Part shown: piece after piece, positions 44,189 to 52,560 of the stretch | Numbering within the stretch: the first letter of the stretch is position 1 | Layout of the letters: each line of letters opens with the position of its first letter | Origin: Acidobacteriota bacterium | Lineage (GTDB): Bacteria; Acidobacteriota; Thermoanaerobaculia; Multivoradales; JAHZIX01 | DNA: 64,000 nucleotides | NCBI GenBank assembly: GCA_034211275.1 | Contig: JAXHTF010000006.1 | Coordinates: 17,361 to 81,360 of the forward strand | Direction of reading: 5' to 3' | Program-made: the position numbers and the translations under genes | The notes under the pieces: model-generated | What the model was told of the DNA's origin: nothing | The model's database searches: none | What the model saw: only the letters and a program-made list of their open reading frames with translations

Positions 44189-46471
44189 TCAAGCTAGTCC
44201 CGTCAATCGCTGTGAGCCTCCAGAGCGATCACTGTGTGACTGTGCGGCAGATCGCAGCAGGGCTTCCATTTCTTTGAAATGCGCCGGGGCTACTGATTTA
44301 ATAAGCGTCATCACATCCGCCATGACCGGCTGAGCTTCTGAGAGCTGAGACATATCTTGGTCGGCCGAGGACTCGAAATCTTCATTGTGAGAGAATGCAT
44401 GAGTGAATCTTACAATCCTAGTTGCCCGAACTGGCTCGCCATGGGAGAGTTCCTCGATTGCTCTTTCGAAGCTAGACCTGCGTGTGGGTCTGTGAAAACT
44501 AATGAATGCCTCTAGAAGGCGGCGCGCAGTATTGGGGAGATGACAAATTTCCTGATCGTGCAATGAGTCAGCCTGGGCCGCCGAGTGCACTATAGAAAAT
44601 AAGTAGTGATATTCAGATTCGAAAGTTCTGAGTAGGTAGTCCAGGGGCTGGAGAACTGCTTTACGCTCTCCGCTCGAATCAAGAAGAGCCTTCAGGGAGT
44701 AAAGGGAGCTGTTCTTCCTGTCTCCCAGGAACCACCTGCGAACGAGTCGAAAGAACGTGAAGTTGTGCGTCAAGATGAAAAGCTGCTTCGCCCCTACTGT
44801 CTTCGCGCGGATGAAGCTGAAGGCATTGAAGAGCGCATTCGAATCAAGGCTTGAGACGGGGTCATCTAGTACAACAATACCCTCCGAGACCTGGAAGGTC
44901 TGATCATGGAGACTCTGGAGGAAATAGAGAAGAGCGATTGCGGTGCGCTCACCTTCACTAAGACCCGTTGCTACAGATGTACCCGACCTAACTATCTGGT
45001 ATCCTTTCCCGAAAAGTTCAAAGCTTAGCTCGTCTCGGCCTAAGTACCTTCTAAGGTCTTTCGTGAGCTGTTCGGCTGAGAAGCTATGGGGATCAACGCG
45101 GCTCTTGATCTCCTTGACCTTCTCTTCAAGCTTCTGGATAGCCTTCCTGGAGGTCTTCTCATTCTCTCTGCATGCCTGTAGATCCTTCAAGAGCTGTGAG
45201 CGCTCATCTCCAGCCTCTGCAATGTGATGCTCTTCAATCTCTTTGCAAGCGCTATCCGCTCTGTCCTGGAGCGACTTCGTCTGCTGGTTGTGACTCAAGA
45301 TAATTGCATTAATAGACGCAATAGAGGAAGCCAGGTCAAGCTGAGTGTGAGCAGGAGGAATGGCAGGCGTCGAAAAAGGATTTGCTCGCTTCTCCTCCAA
45401 GCAGGCCTGGATTATCTCTAGCCTCTCAAGGTATGCCTCGATTTGTTCCTTGAGCTTGGCGCTTGCGGAGCGGTAGGAGTCAAGGTGATCCTGATACAAT
45501 TCTCCCTCTGTCGGAAGAGTATGTCTCACCAGAGTCTCGCGAGAGGTTGCTATTCCTTCCAGCTGCCTTTCTATGTCCTCCGTGAGCTGTCTGTGGCCCT
45601 GAGCAAAATAGTCTTCAAGTGCTTTGAGTCGCTCCTCTTCCAAGTGGTTGCCGCAGAAGCCGCACTGTTCCGCTTGGATGGCACGATGTAGCTGAAGGCC
45701 AGTGTCAACCCAGTTTCGCAAGTCTGAATTACTCTCCAAGGCCTCCATGGACTGCCGGGTTATGCTTCGGCTGAGAACCTCAGAAGCCGCTTCTTCAATA
45801 GAAGAGATGTTTGGATCCTGAATTGAAACGCTGTGCAGGTCGGGCCGCGGTTGCTGATTCTTTGTATGGGCAAGCGCCTTTAGTTCATCATCAGTTCTGA
45901 CCAGCTCGGACATAGGCCTACTGGACAGTTCGTCTGCTCGTCGTTCGTAGTCGTTTCGCTTGTAGTGTTGGTAACTCGGATTCCCGAGGAGCCGATCTTT
46001 GATTGCCTTTGCGGTGTCCTGCTGGTGTTTAGCCCAAGCGTTGTTTGCGGTCTTGGTTTCATTCTCGGCCTGAATCAGCTTCTTTCGCTCTTCCCTGAGC
46101 AGACTGGAGATCTCTTCCAGTTCTTTTTGATCAGCGATGTTCTCCTGTCCGAGAAAGACAATCCCGGGCATTCCTGACGGATTAAAGACGTTCTTCTCGA
46201 CGAAGCTCTTGGTGAAGACTTTGATTGGGATCTGCTCCAGCGCAGCCTCATTGCTGCTGTTAATCTTCTGGTTCTCAAGCTGAACCTCAAAAGAGCTGTT
46301 AGGGTTCTGAGTTCCAGTCTCGATCTGTCGCATGATCTCGACTAGAGAGGTCTTGCCGGCTCCGTTCCATCCGTAGATAAGGTTGTAGCGGCTGAAATCA
46401 TCGAGGCCAGGAGGCCAACTGAAATCTTGGAATAGGGCCGGTGCTTGAATTCGGAGAAATTGCTTGATCAT
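44189..46471 (-). CDS. RloC/PrrC-like AAA_13-family ABC ATPase (putative anticodon nuclease / abortive-infection protein) with a CxxC zinc hook.
   Basis: 760 aa. Walker A LIYGWNGAGKTSL. A long coiled coil carries AEQCGFCGNHLEE (CxxC). ABC signature/Walker B SEGERTAIALLYFL...GIVVLDDPVSSLDSNALFNAFSFI...LFILTHN. C-terminal HLPNTARRLLEAFISFH...FTHAFSHNED gives Arg/Glu/His spacing like the PrrC ACNase triad. GC is ~45%. Confidence 0.6.
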   Translation of the reverse strand: MIKQFLRIQAPALFQDFSWPPGLDDFSRYNLIYGWNGAGKTSLVEIMRQIETGTQNPNSSFEVQLENQKINSSNEAALEQIPIKVFTKSFVEKNVFNPSGMPGIVFLGQENIADQKELEEISSLLREERKKLIQAENETKTANNAWAKHQQDTAKAIKDRLLGNPSYQHYKRNDYERRADELSSRPMSELVRTDDELKALAHTKNQQPRPDLHSVSIQDPNISSIEEAASEVLSRSITRQSMEALESNSDLRNWVDTGLQLHRAIQAEQCGFCGNHLEEERLKALEDYFAQGHRQLTEDIERQLEGIATSRETLVRHTLPTEGELYQDHLDSYRSASAKLKEQIEAYLERLEIIQACLEEKRANPFSTPAIPPAHTQLDLASSIASINAIILSHNQQTKSLQDRADSACKEIEEHHIAEAGDERSQLLKDLQACRENEKTSRKAIQKLEEKVKEIKSRVDPHSFSAEQLTKDLRRYLGRDELSFELFGKGYQIVRSGTSVATGLSEGERTAIALLYFLQSLHDQTFQVSEGIVVLDDPVSSLDSNALFNAFSFIRAKTVGAKQLFILTHNFTFFRLVRRWFLGDRKNSSLYSLKALLDSSGERKAVLQPLDYLLRTFESEYHYLFSIVHSAAQADSLHDQEICHLPNTARRLLEAFISFHRPTRRSSFERAIEELSHGEPVRATRIVRFTHAFSHNEDFESSADQDMSQLSEAQPVMADVMTLIKSVAPAHFKEMEALLRSAAQSHSDRSGGSQRLTGLA

Positions 46472-46732
46472 GACTAGGTGGAATCATAATGCAAGAAGAT
46501 GGCATCCGAAAAGGGCATCTTAGGTGCTAGAAGATGGTAGCCTTGAGAAAATCAACATCGAGCCGGCATTTCTGGTTGACGCGCGGGTGGAGGAGAAGCT
46601 ACCTTACAGGTACTCAAGGCGAGTCTTGTGGTCACAAGTCCAGCCGAGCTTCACTTTCAAAAATCACCGGAAACCCGCATCCAGCCTACTGATTCGTGGC
46701 TTCGCCCAGGTCCGTTCTGGCTGGGGGTCGTG

Positions 46733-46765
46733 TGGTCGCAGGTTCAAGTCCTGTCTCCCCGACCA
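46733..46765 (+). other. Orphan tRNA 3'-end fragment (T-arm, acceptor 3' strand, ACCA), probably an att-site remnant.
   Basis: tcgcaggttcaagtcctgtctccccgacca has a T-loop TTCAAGT and ends in CCA. No matching 5' acceptor strand (cggggag) was found within 120 nt upstream. It lies 100 nt upstream of the third recombinase gene. Confidence 0.5.
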
Positions 46766-46866
46766 AAATCCCCTCCAACAGCGGCTTTCCGGGCGATTCA
46801 AGGGAAGAGATCAGGGCCCCGGTGACCACATGACCGAGTCATGAGGTCACTCTAACCCCTCTTCCC

Positions 46867-47769
46867 ATGCCCTCTGAATTGCGCACCTGGCACGAAGCTT
46901 TCTGCCAGCACTGCCTGGTCATGAAGCGCCAGTCGCCCTACACGGTCCGCGGGTACCGCGACACCCTCAATAGCTTCGTCAAGTACACCGGCGCAGCGGC
47001 CCTCGCCGATGTGACGCTGGCGAAGGTGGAGTCCTGGATCATGACCGGGACGACGCAGTGCCAGTGGTCACCGGTGACCAGCCGGGGCCGCATCAAGTAC
47101 ATGATCCTGTTCGCCAAGTGGTTGGTGAGCCGGGGGCATCTGGAGTCGAATCCGCTGGAGGGAATTAGCCTGCCCTCTATCCCGAAGAAGATTCCGCGGT
47201 CCCTGTCGCGGGAGCAGGCTGAGCAGCTTCTGCGCTTCGCCCGGAACTTTTCCTTCCAGACAGAGTTCGAAGGTGCCCGTGCCTACGCAATTCTGGCGAC
47301 CTTCATTTACACCGGCATCCGCAAGAGAGAGCTCCGCGAGCTGGAGCTCCGTGACGTCGATCTAGAGAACGGGATCCTCGCGGTGAGGGAGGGAAAGGGG
47401 GCCAAGGATCGGATGGTCGCCATCCCGCCCCAGCTGGCCTTGGTCCTGCGCGAGTACCTGAAGCACCGCCGCAGTCCGAGATATCAGCAGCTTCCGTACT
47501 TCTTCGTCGGAGCTACGGCCCTAGGTGGTGTCGGCAACGAGGCAATCCGTCGCTTGGTGAAGAAGCTCCGAGATGCCAGCGGCATCTACTTCGCGCCCCA
47601 CATGCTCCGGCACACCTATGCCACGCTGATGCTGGAAGGCGGCTGCGACCTGTTCAGCCTCTCGAAGCTGCTGGGGCACGCGGATATCAAGACGACTACG
47701 GTGTACCTGTCCGCTTCGGTGAGGCACCTTCAGAAGGAGGTGTTGAAGCATCCGGTTGTCGTTCACTAG
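46867..47769 (+). CDS. Tyrosine recombinase (XerC/D-like), the third on the island.
   Basis: 300 aa, ...AILATFIYTGIRKRELRELELRDV...GKGAKDRMVAIP...HMLRHTYATLML...GHADIKTTTVYL gives the R-H-R-Y catalytic set. Confidence 0.75.
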   Translation: MPSELRTWHEAFCQHCLVMKRQSPYTVRGYRDTLNSFVKYTGAAALADVTLAKVESWIMTGTTQCQWSPVTSRGRIKYMILFAKWLVSRGHLESNPLEGISLPSIPKKIPRSLSREQAEQLLRFARNFSFQTEFEGARAYAILATFIYTGIRKRELRELELRDVDLENGILAVREGKGAKDRMVAIPPQLALVLREYLKHRRSPRYQQLPYFFVGATALGGVGNEAIRRLVKKLRDASGIYFAPHMLRHTYATLMLEGGCDLFSLSKLLGHADIKTTTVYLSASVRHLQKEVLKHPVVVH

Positions 47770-47891
47770 AGGTGCCAAACTCGTGAGAGCCCCGAAATAC
47801 GGCTTACTGATGGTATATTCTTGTTCAGGCTTGAAAACAATGAGGCACTACGAGAAAGATAGGTCCTGAGCAGGAGTGACAGGGTAGCTCT

Positions 47892-49601
47892 GTGAAAAGA
47901 GTGAGACGAAAGAGAGAGAGACAGTTCAAGGGGGCCAAGTCAGCTACGAGGCAAGCCTTATTTCTATTGAAGGCATGCGACCTAGATTGGCTCTGGAAGT
48001 TCTGTGCCCTCATTTCCTGTCATGATCTATTTGGGCCAACACTTGCTGAGGGTGCCAATGCCCTTTATGTCAATTTCGCCAAGACTAGGGCTCTTGTTGA
48101 TCTTGTGCTGAAGTCCGGGGCCAGAGATGATGTGGATAAAATACTCCATATGGAAGAGGTGCGAGATCTCCTTAACTTGCTAGTTGATGTCCAAAATGAT
48201 CCAGAGGTTTTCAAGAGCGCAGAAAAGGCGAAGGGGACTCCGGCGGCGGCTTTTGAGTTCCATCGATCTATGTGCAGGCTAGGTAGCAATCAGACTGCTG
48301 ACCAGGAGGGGGTTTTCTGGAATGCAGCAGGTCGACTAATTGCTAAATGGGAGCTCCTGCCTCTTGAGAACCAGAGCCTACTTCCTAGTCGAGAACGACA
48401 GCGCGTCTTGGAGGTAGCTCATAGGATTCCTGAAGTTCTTGGTGCTGAGATATCGGAACTGAGTCTGGTCTGCTTGGCAATATTTCAGGTGTATAGGGAT
48501 GCCTACGCGAATCTTTCTCGCACACTTCCCGTCATACCGCACGAGGCTTTTTGCAGCCAATATGAGAAAAGGCAAGCACTTGATCAGCTGATGACGGCTC
48601 TGGAGGCTGGGGGATTCAGCGATCTATTGGTGATAAATCCCCGTCGTCTCCGGGAAATGCTTCGCGATAAGGAAGGCTTGGTTGATTCCTATCTTTCTCT
48701 CTTCAGTCGGTCTGTTGAGGAGCTTCGCTCGCTGCAGAAGGATTATTCTGTGGGTCAGTCACCTCACTACAGCCGAGATTTGAGCGTGCTTGATCGCTTT
48801 CCGCTTGTTAGGAGGGCCGATGGAACCTATATCGTGCCGAATGTCCGGTTTCTTTTGAAAAGTTTCGTTCCCAATGTCGAGTTCACCCTGGTTGAGCTTC
48901 TAGGTGACAATTTCTGGCACGCGAACGGGGCGACTCAAGAGGCTTATCTTCTAAAGCTACTCTCGGCCCGTCTTCCAGGATACACGCTGGTGGAAGAGCG
49001 AGCCTATGGAAAGCAGGAACTCCGGGGACCTGATGTCACTATTGTTGATGCTCAGGCGGAAGGTCTAATACTTGTGGAGTCGAAAGGAAAGAGGATTGGG
49101 GCGAGAACGAGGTTTGTTATGTCTGATGATCTTCTTGATGACAACCTGAAGGTCGCCTACTCTGCTCTACAAGGCCTGCCGGTGAAATTTGAGGCTTTAT
49201 TGAGTGGCATCCCAGAGTATGCTGATGCCCAAGATGCTCTAGATTCCGCGCGGTCGAACTCCCCGATTTGTGTTGTGGTTATGAACGACTCGGTCATGAT
49301 GATGAGCGAGCTGATTCGTATGTTGATTGCCATGAATCCTGAGCACCAACTTCAGGGGTTTCCTTTTCAATTTTGCATTGTCGGAATCGGAGCCTTCGAG
49401 CTAGCAGTGGAAGTGGCGAGTAGGAATGGTAGCTCGTTGTACAGGTTGCTTTCCCAGCACTGGGAGAGAAGCGCCGAGATCGATCCTGGGAGAGGCTCTG
49501 CTGACCTGTTTGGTGGATTCTGGCCGGATACGGAGCCGGCTTTTGGGGCAGAGTTACTTAGGGCGAGGCTGAAGAGTAGGCTTGGCGATCTCGTTGCGTG
49601 A
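47892..49601 (+). CDS. Hypothetical protein (569 aa) with a C-terminal PD-(D/E)xK nuclease-like motif, low GC.
   Basis: ...RGPDVTIVDAQAEGLILVESKGKRIGA matches the D-x(n)-(D/E)-x-K restriction-endonuclease-fold core. The N-terminal 380 aa are unassigned. GC is ~48%. Confidence 0.5.
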   Translation: MKRVRRKRERQFKGAKSATRQALFLLKACDLDWLWKFCALISCHDLFGPTLAEGANALYVNFAKTRALVDLVLKSGARDDVDKILHMEEVRDLLNLLVDVQNDPEVFKSAEKAKGTPAAAFEFHRSMCRLGSNQTADQEGVFWNAAGRLIAKWELLPLENQSLLPSRERQRVLEVAHRIPEVLGAEISELSLVCLAIFQVYRDAYANLSRTLPVIPHEAFCSQYEKRQALDQLMTALEAGGFSDLLVINPRRLREMLRDKEGLVDSYLSLFSRSVEELRSLQKDYSVGQSPHYSRDLSVLDRFPLVRRADGTYIVPNVRFLLKSFVPNVEFTLVELLGDNFWHANGATQEAYLLKLLSARLPGYTLVEERAYGKQELRGPDVTIVDAQAEGLILVESKGKRIGARTRFVMSDDLLDDNLKVAYSALQGLPVKFEALLSGIPEYADAQDALDSARSNSPICVVVMNDSVMMMSELIRMLIAMNPEHQLQGFPFQFCIVGIGAFELAVEVASRNGSSLYRLLSQHWERSAEIDPGRGSADLFGGFWPDTEPAFGAELLRARLKSRLGDLVA

Positions 49602-49830
49602 TCTCCTGGTTCTGGGCTCGGATGAGAATGCGCCTGGCTGAGAGGATGAGCGGGTGCCTTCGCGTGCTGGGTGGTGAGACGATGGTTCTGAATCAATTTG
49701 GCAGCAAGGCTCGGCGCAATGGCTAGCAAGAGATCCTTCCTTGTTGGATTATTCTGGAGCAAGATGATCTGTCTTGGGGGGTATTGTGGGAATAGGAAGA
49801 GAAATTTCTGATATCGGTGGGAGGTGATTA

Positions 49831-50766
49831 TTGAAAACGATTTGGAGGGTGTTGAGGGTTTCTCTGGGCTGGCTATCTCGTTTGTTCATGGGGTTCATCA
49901 AGCTACCCAAGAGAGGATGGCTTTCCTACGCGCGATGGGCTGAGAGGCATCGGGGCGGGATACCCGCTATCCAGCTCCTTTCTAGCGTGGCTTTTGCTGT
50001 TATGTCGGTCATAGTCTCTTCTCTTGCGATTAATCTCGCCCGGGAGCAGAATCTTCTGGTTGAGCGCCAGGTGCAGCTTGCGGATGAGCAGGGTGAGCTT
50101 GCGAATAGGCAGCTCGCTCTGGCTGAGGCTCAGATCAAGCCGAAGATCAGGTTAAGATACAGATCAGAGTGTAAGAGTGGAGAAGTCTGTCCTTTCGGAG
50201 ACTACGACTGTGTCGAGTTTTGGAACGATTCTGGGCCTCTCGAAGGTCTCAATGTAATGCAGCATAGCTTTCTATTGGTGAGTCGAAATGATAGGCCTAA
50301 TGAAGAAGTACGTTATGTTCCTATGTACTATCTTCAGTCGAGGCAGCTGACGGGGGCCGGTCGGGGGTTACTTGGTACTTTCTGCGCTTTTATGAAGGAG
50401 GTGAATTCTCGCAATAGAACGGCGAAAGTCGAGAAGATAAGATCTTCCCTCTGGGAGAGAGGGGTATTCAATATTGACGTGAGAGTTGTGCTTAATTTCT
50501 TGTACGTAGATCTTCTCGGGAGGAAATATGATGAGTTCTACTTGGCTCCTGCGGGGGCCTTTTGGTCTGGAGATCTACCGGCTACCATACTTTCCCCTGA
50601 AGAGGCTAAGCAGGCTTGGGAGATGGGTTTTGCAGAGCCTTGGTTCGGTGATCCTGTGATGCTAGGTAACGCACTTGACACAATTGATCATAATTATTTA
50701 GAGCGGAACTGGGACAGCTTACCGGTGGTGCGGCAGCCTCTATTAGAGACCTTGCAGGTTCGCTAG
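49831..50766 (+). CDS. Hypothetical membrane-anchored protein (311 aa) downstream of the nuclease-like gene.
   Basis: TM helix IQLLSSVAFAVMSVIVSSLAINLA, then a coiled-coil stretch. No motif. Confidence 0.45.
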   Translation: MKTIWRVLRVSLGWLSRLFMGFIKLPKRGWLSYARWAERHRGGIPAIQLLSSVAFAVMSVIVSSLAINLAREQNLLVERQVQLADEQGELANRQLALAEAQIKPKIRLRYRSECKSGEVCPFGDYDCVEFWNDSGPLEGLNVMQHSFLLVSRNDRPNEEVRYVPMYYLQSRQLTGAGRGLLGTFCAFMKEVNSRNRTAKVEKIRSSLWERGVFNIDVRVVLNFLYVDLLGRKYDEFYLAPAGAFWSGDLPATILSPEEAKQAWEMGFAEPWFGDPVMLGNALDTIDHNYLERNWDSLPVVRQPLLETLQVR

Positions 50767-51009
50767 GGGACGTTTTATCTCCTAGATCAGGTTCTCCTTA
50801 TTGATGTCGATTGTAAGAGTTTTAGGGAGGATCGCAGGCGCTTTATCTTTGCTGAGATTCAGCGACCGAATTGGTCCTAGAGTGATAGAGGGGAAGTCTA
50901 TTACGAAGGCAGTGAAGGTGGCCCCAATTCTTTTTCCGAACAAGACAAGTTGATCACCGAGTGGGATACTCAGAGGAAAAGCAGGAGAGCCGGAAGGCAA
51001 TGAACGCGT

Positions 51010-52170
51010 TTACTCGTAGGCTCTCAAAGCCGCCGCCAACTCCCCCGACACCCTCTCTGCCGCCTCCTTGAGGGGATCATCCGCCAGATGCGCATACCGC
51101 GCCGTAGTCGCGGGCTGGGTATGCCCCAGAAGCCGGCCGATGATGGGCAGGCCAATCCCAGCGCCGGCGGCGAAGGCGGCGTGAGTGTGGCGGAGATCGT
51201 GGAGGCGGACGTCTTCGAGGCCTGCCGCGGTTCGGATGCGGTCCCAGGGGCGCTGGAGGCCGACTAGGCGCTGGCCCTTGCGGTAGCCGGCGCAGACGAA
51301 AGGGTTGTCCTCGCGTCGGGGCGCTTCCACCAAGAGCTGCAATGCGGCGGCGCCGAGGCGAATCACTTTCTGGCCGGTCTTCGAGTCCGGCAGCCTCAGA
51401 CAGCCCTGCTCGAAATCCACGAAGGACCACTGGAGCTCCAGGATCTCGTTGCGGCGAGCGCCGGTGAGGATCAGCAGGCGGATGGCGAGGAGGGCTGAGG
51501 GATGCTCGGTCTCATGGCGCTCGGCCTCGGTGAGGGCCTCGCCCAGGCGACCGAGCTCGGCTGCGGAGAGGAATCGCTCGCGCTTCTGTTCCTTGTAGCG
51601 TTCCACGTGGCGGCAGGGATTCGAGTTGAGGGGGCGGAGGCCCCAGCGCTCGGCGAGGTTGAACATCTTCGAAAGCAGCGCCAGGACCCTGTTGGCCTGG
51701 GTTCGCTTTTGGCGCATCTCGTAGTGCAGGGTCGAGATCTGCTCCAATTGGATGTCTGTGACCCGGCGCTTGCCGAGCTGCGGGAGGACATAGAGGCGCA
51801 GGAGCCGCTCATCGGTCTGAGCGCTGGAGGCCTTCTTCTTGACCCGGGCGTGCTCCTCCAGATAGCGCTCCGCCAGATCAGCCACGGTGGGGGCGCGGCG
51901 CTGGTCCTGCCGGACCTGGCCCGGATCGTTGCCGAGAGTGACTTCCGCCAGGACCTTCCGAGCCCGGTCACGGGCCTGCTCGATGGTCAGGACTCCGTAG
52001 CGGCCCAGGGAGAGGAATCGCTTGCGGCGCCCAACGCGGTAGGAGACCAGGAAGTACTTCTTGCCCGACGGGTAGATGCGGACTCCAAAAGCCGGGAGAG
52101 TGTCGTCCCAACGGTAGTCTGTGCCTCCCTCATAGGTGGCGGAGTCGAGGGCGGTCTTGGTCAGTCTCAT
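51010..52170 (-). CDS. Site-specific tyrosine integrase (P4-like, DUF4102-type N-terminus) of the island.
   Basis: MRLTKTALDSATYEGGTDYRWDDTLPAFGVRIYPSGKKYFLVSYRVGRRKRFLSLGRYGVLTIEQARDRARK (P4-type arm-binding N-terminus). Catalytic ...HDLRHTHAAFA...GHTQPATTARYAH. The ATG at 52170 was verified. The longer track ORF (to 52422) reads antisense through the tRNA-derived repeat. Confidence 0.85.
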   Translation of the reverse strand: MRLTKTALDSATYEGGTDYRWDDTLPAFGVRIYPSGKKYFLVSYRVGRRKRFLSLGRYGVLTIEQARDRARKVLAEVTLGNDPGQVRQDQRRAPTVADLAERYLEEHARVKKKASSAQTDERLLRLYVLPQLGKRRVTDIQLEQISTLHYEMRQKRTQANRVLALLSKMFNLAERWGLRPLNSNPCRHVERYKEQKRERFLSAAELGRLGEALTEAERHETEHPSALLAIRLLILTGARRNEILELQWSFVDFEQGCLRLPDSKTGQKVIRLGAAALQLLVEAPRREDNPFVCAGYRKGQRLVGLQRPWDRIRTAAGLEDVRLHDLRHTHAAFAAGAGIGLPIIGRLLGHTQPATTARYAHLADDPLKEAAERVSGELAAALRAYE

Positions 52171-52374
52171 GGGGCATCTCCAGGTCGAGCGGCCAGGTCC
52201 GAGATCGAGGCTCGCGCAACCAGTGCGCAACCAAAACGCAACCAGGATAGGCCGAAATCCATGGTGCAAGCTCGCTGTCCATGGCTCGAAGGCTAGCACA
52301 TAAGTATAGTAATTAGAGAGACTTAAGAGGTCTTGTCGTAGTTGATCGAAATCTGTGTAAGACGCCTGTTCGAG

Positions 52375-52488
52375 GACTGAAAATCGCGGTGTCGGTGGTT
52401 CGATTCCGCCCCTGGGCACCATTTCAATCTCCCAAAAAGCAAGAGCTTGTGTCCGATACGAAGGTCCTCCTTGGAGGGCCTTTTTTGG
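52375..52488. repeat. attR: right copy of the tRNA-Phe-derived direct repeat.
   Basis: Matches tRNA-Phe from the anticodon loop to the 3' end plus downstream sequence; see attL. Confidence 0.85.
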
Positions 52489-52560
52489 TGCTTGGGCTGA
52501 AGGGACTTGGTCCGGAGGGGCTCGAGTGGGAGCGTCTCGTGGCGTTTCTGAGAACCCTAG

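Larger units (their letters stand above)
19580..52488. mobile_element. ~32.9-kb integrated genomic island at tRNA-Phe: a putative integrative mobilizable element with mosaic GC and defence-like cargo.
   Basis: Flanking direct repeats (attL/attR) derived from the tRNA-Phe 3' end. A P4-type integrase sits adjacent to attR. The island carries MobC plus a MobA-like relaxase, a T4CP-like ATPase, a primase, two more tyrosine recombinases, and low-GC cargo blocks at 32.1-34.8, 37.4-41.9, 44.2-46.5 and 47.9-50.9 kb. Confidence 0.8.

Noticed and set aside
46524-46844. 106-aa plus-strand ORF spanning the tRNA 3' fragment
   Set aside because: It overlaps an RNA-derived sequence and the recombinase promoter region. 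It has no RBS and no conservation signal.
51010-52422. 470-aa version of the island integrase starting inside the tRNA-derived repeat
   Set aside because: Its first 84 codons are the reverse translation of the attR tRNA fragment and leader. The P4-type integrase fold begins at the Met at 52170, which has a GGAG upstream.
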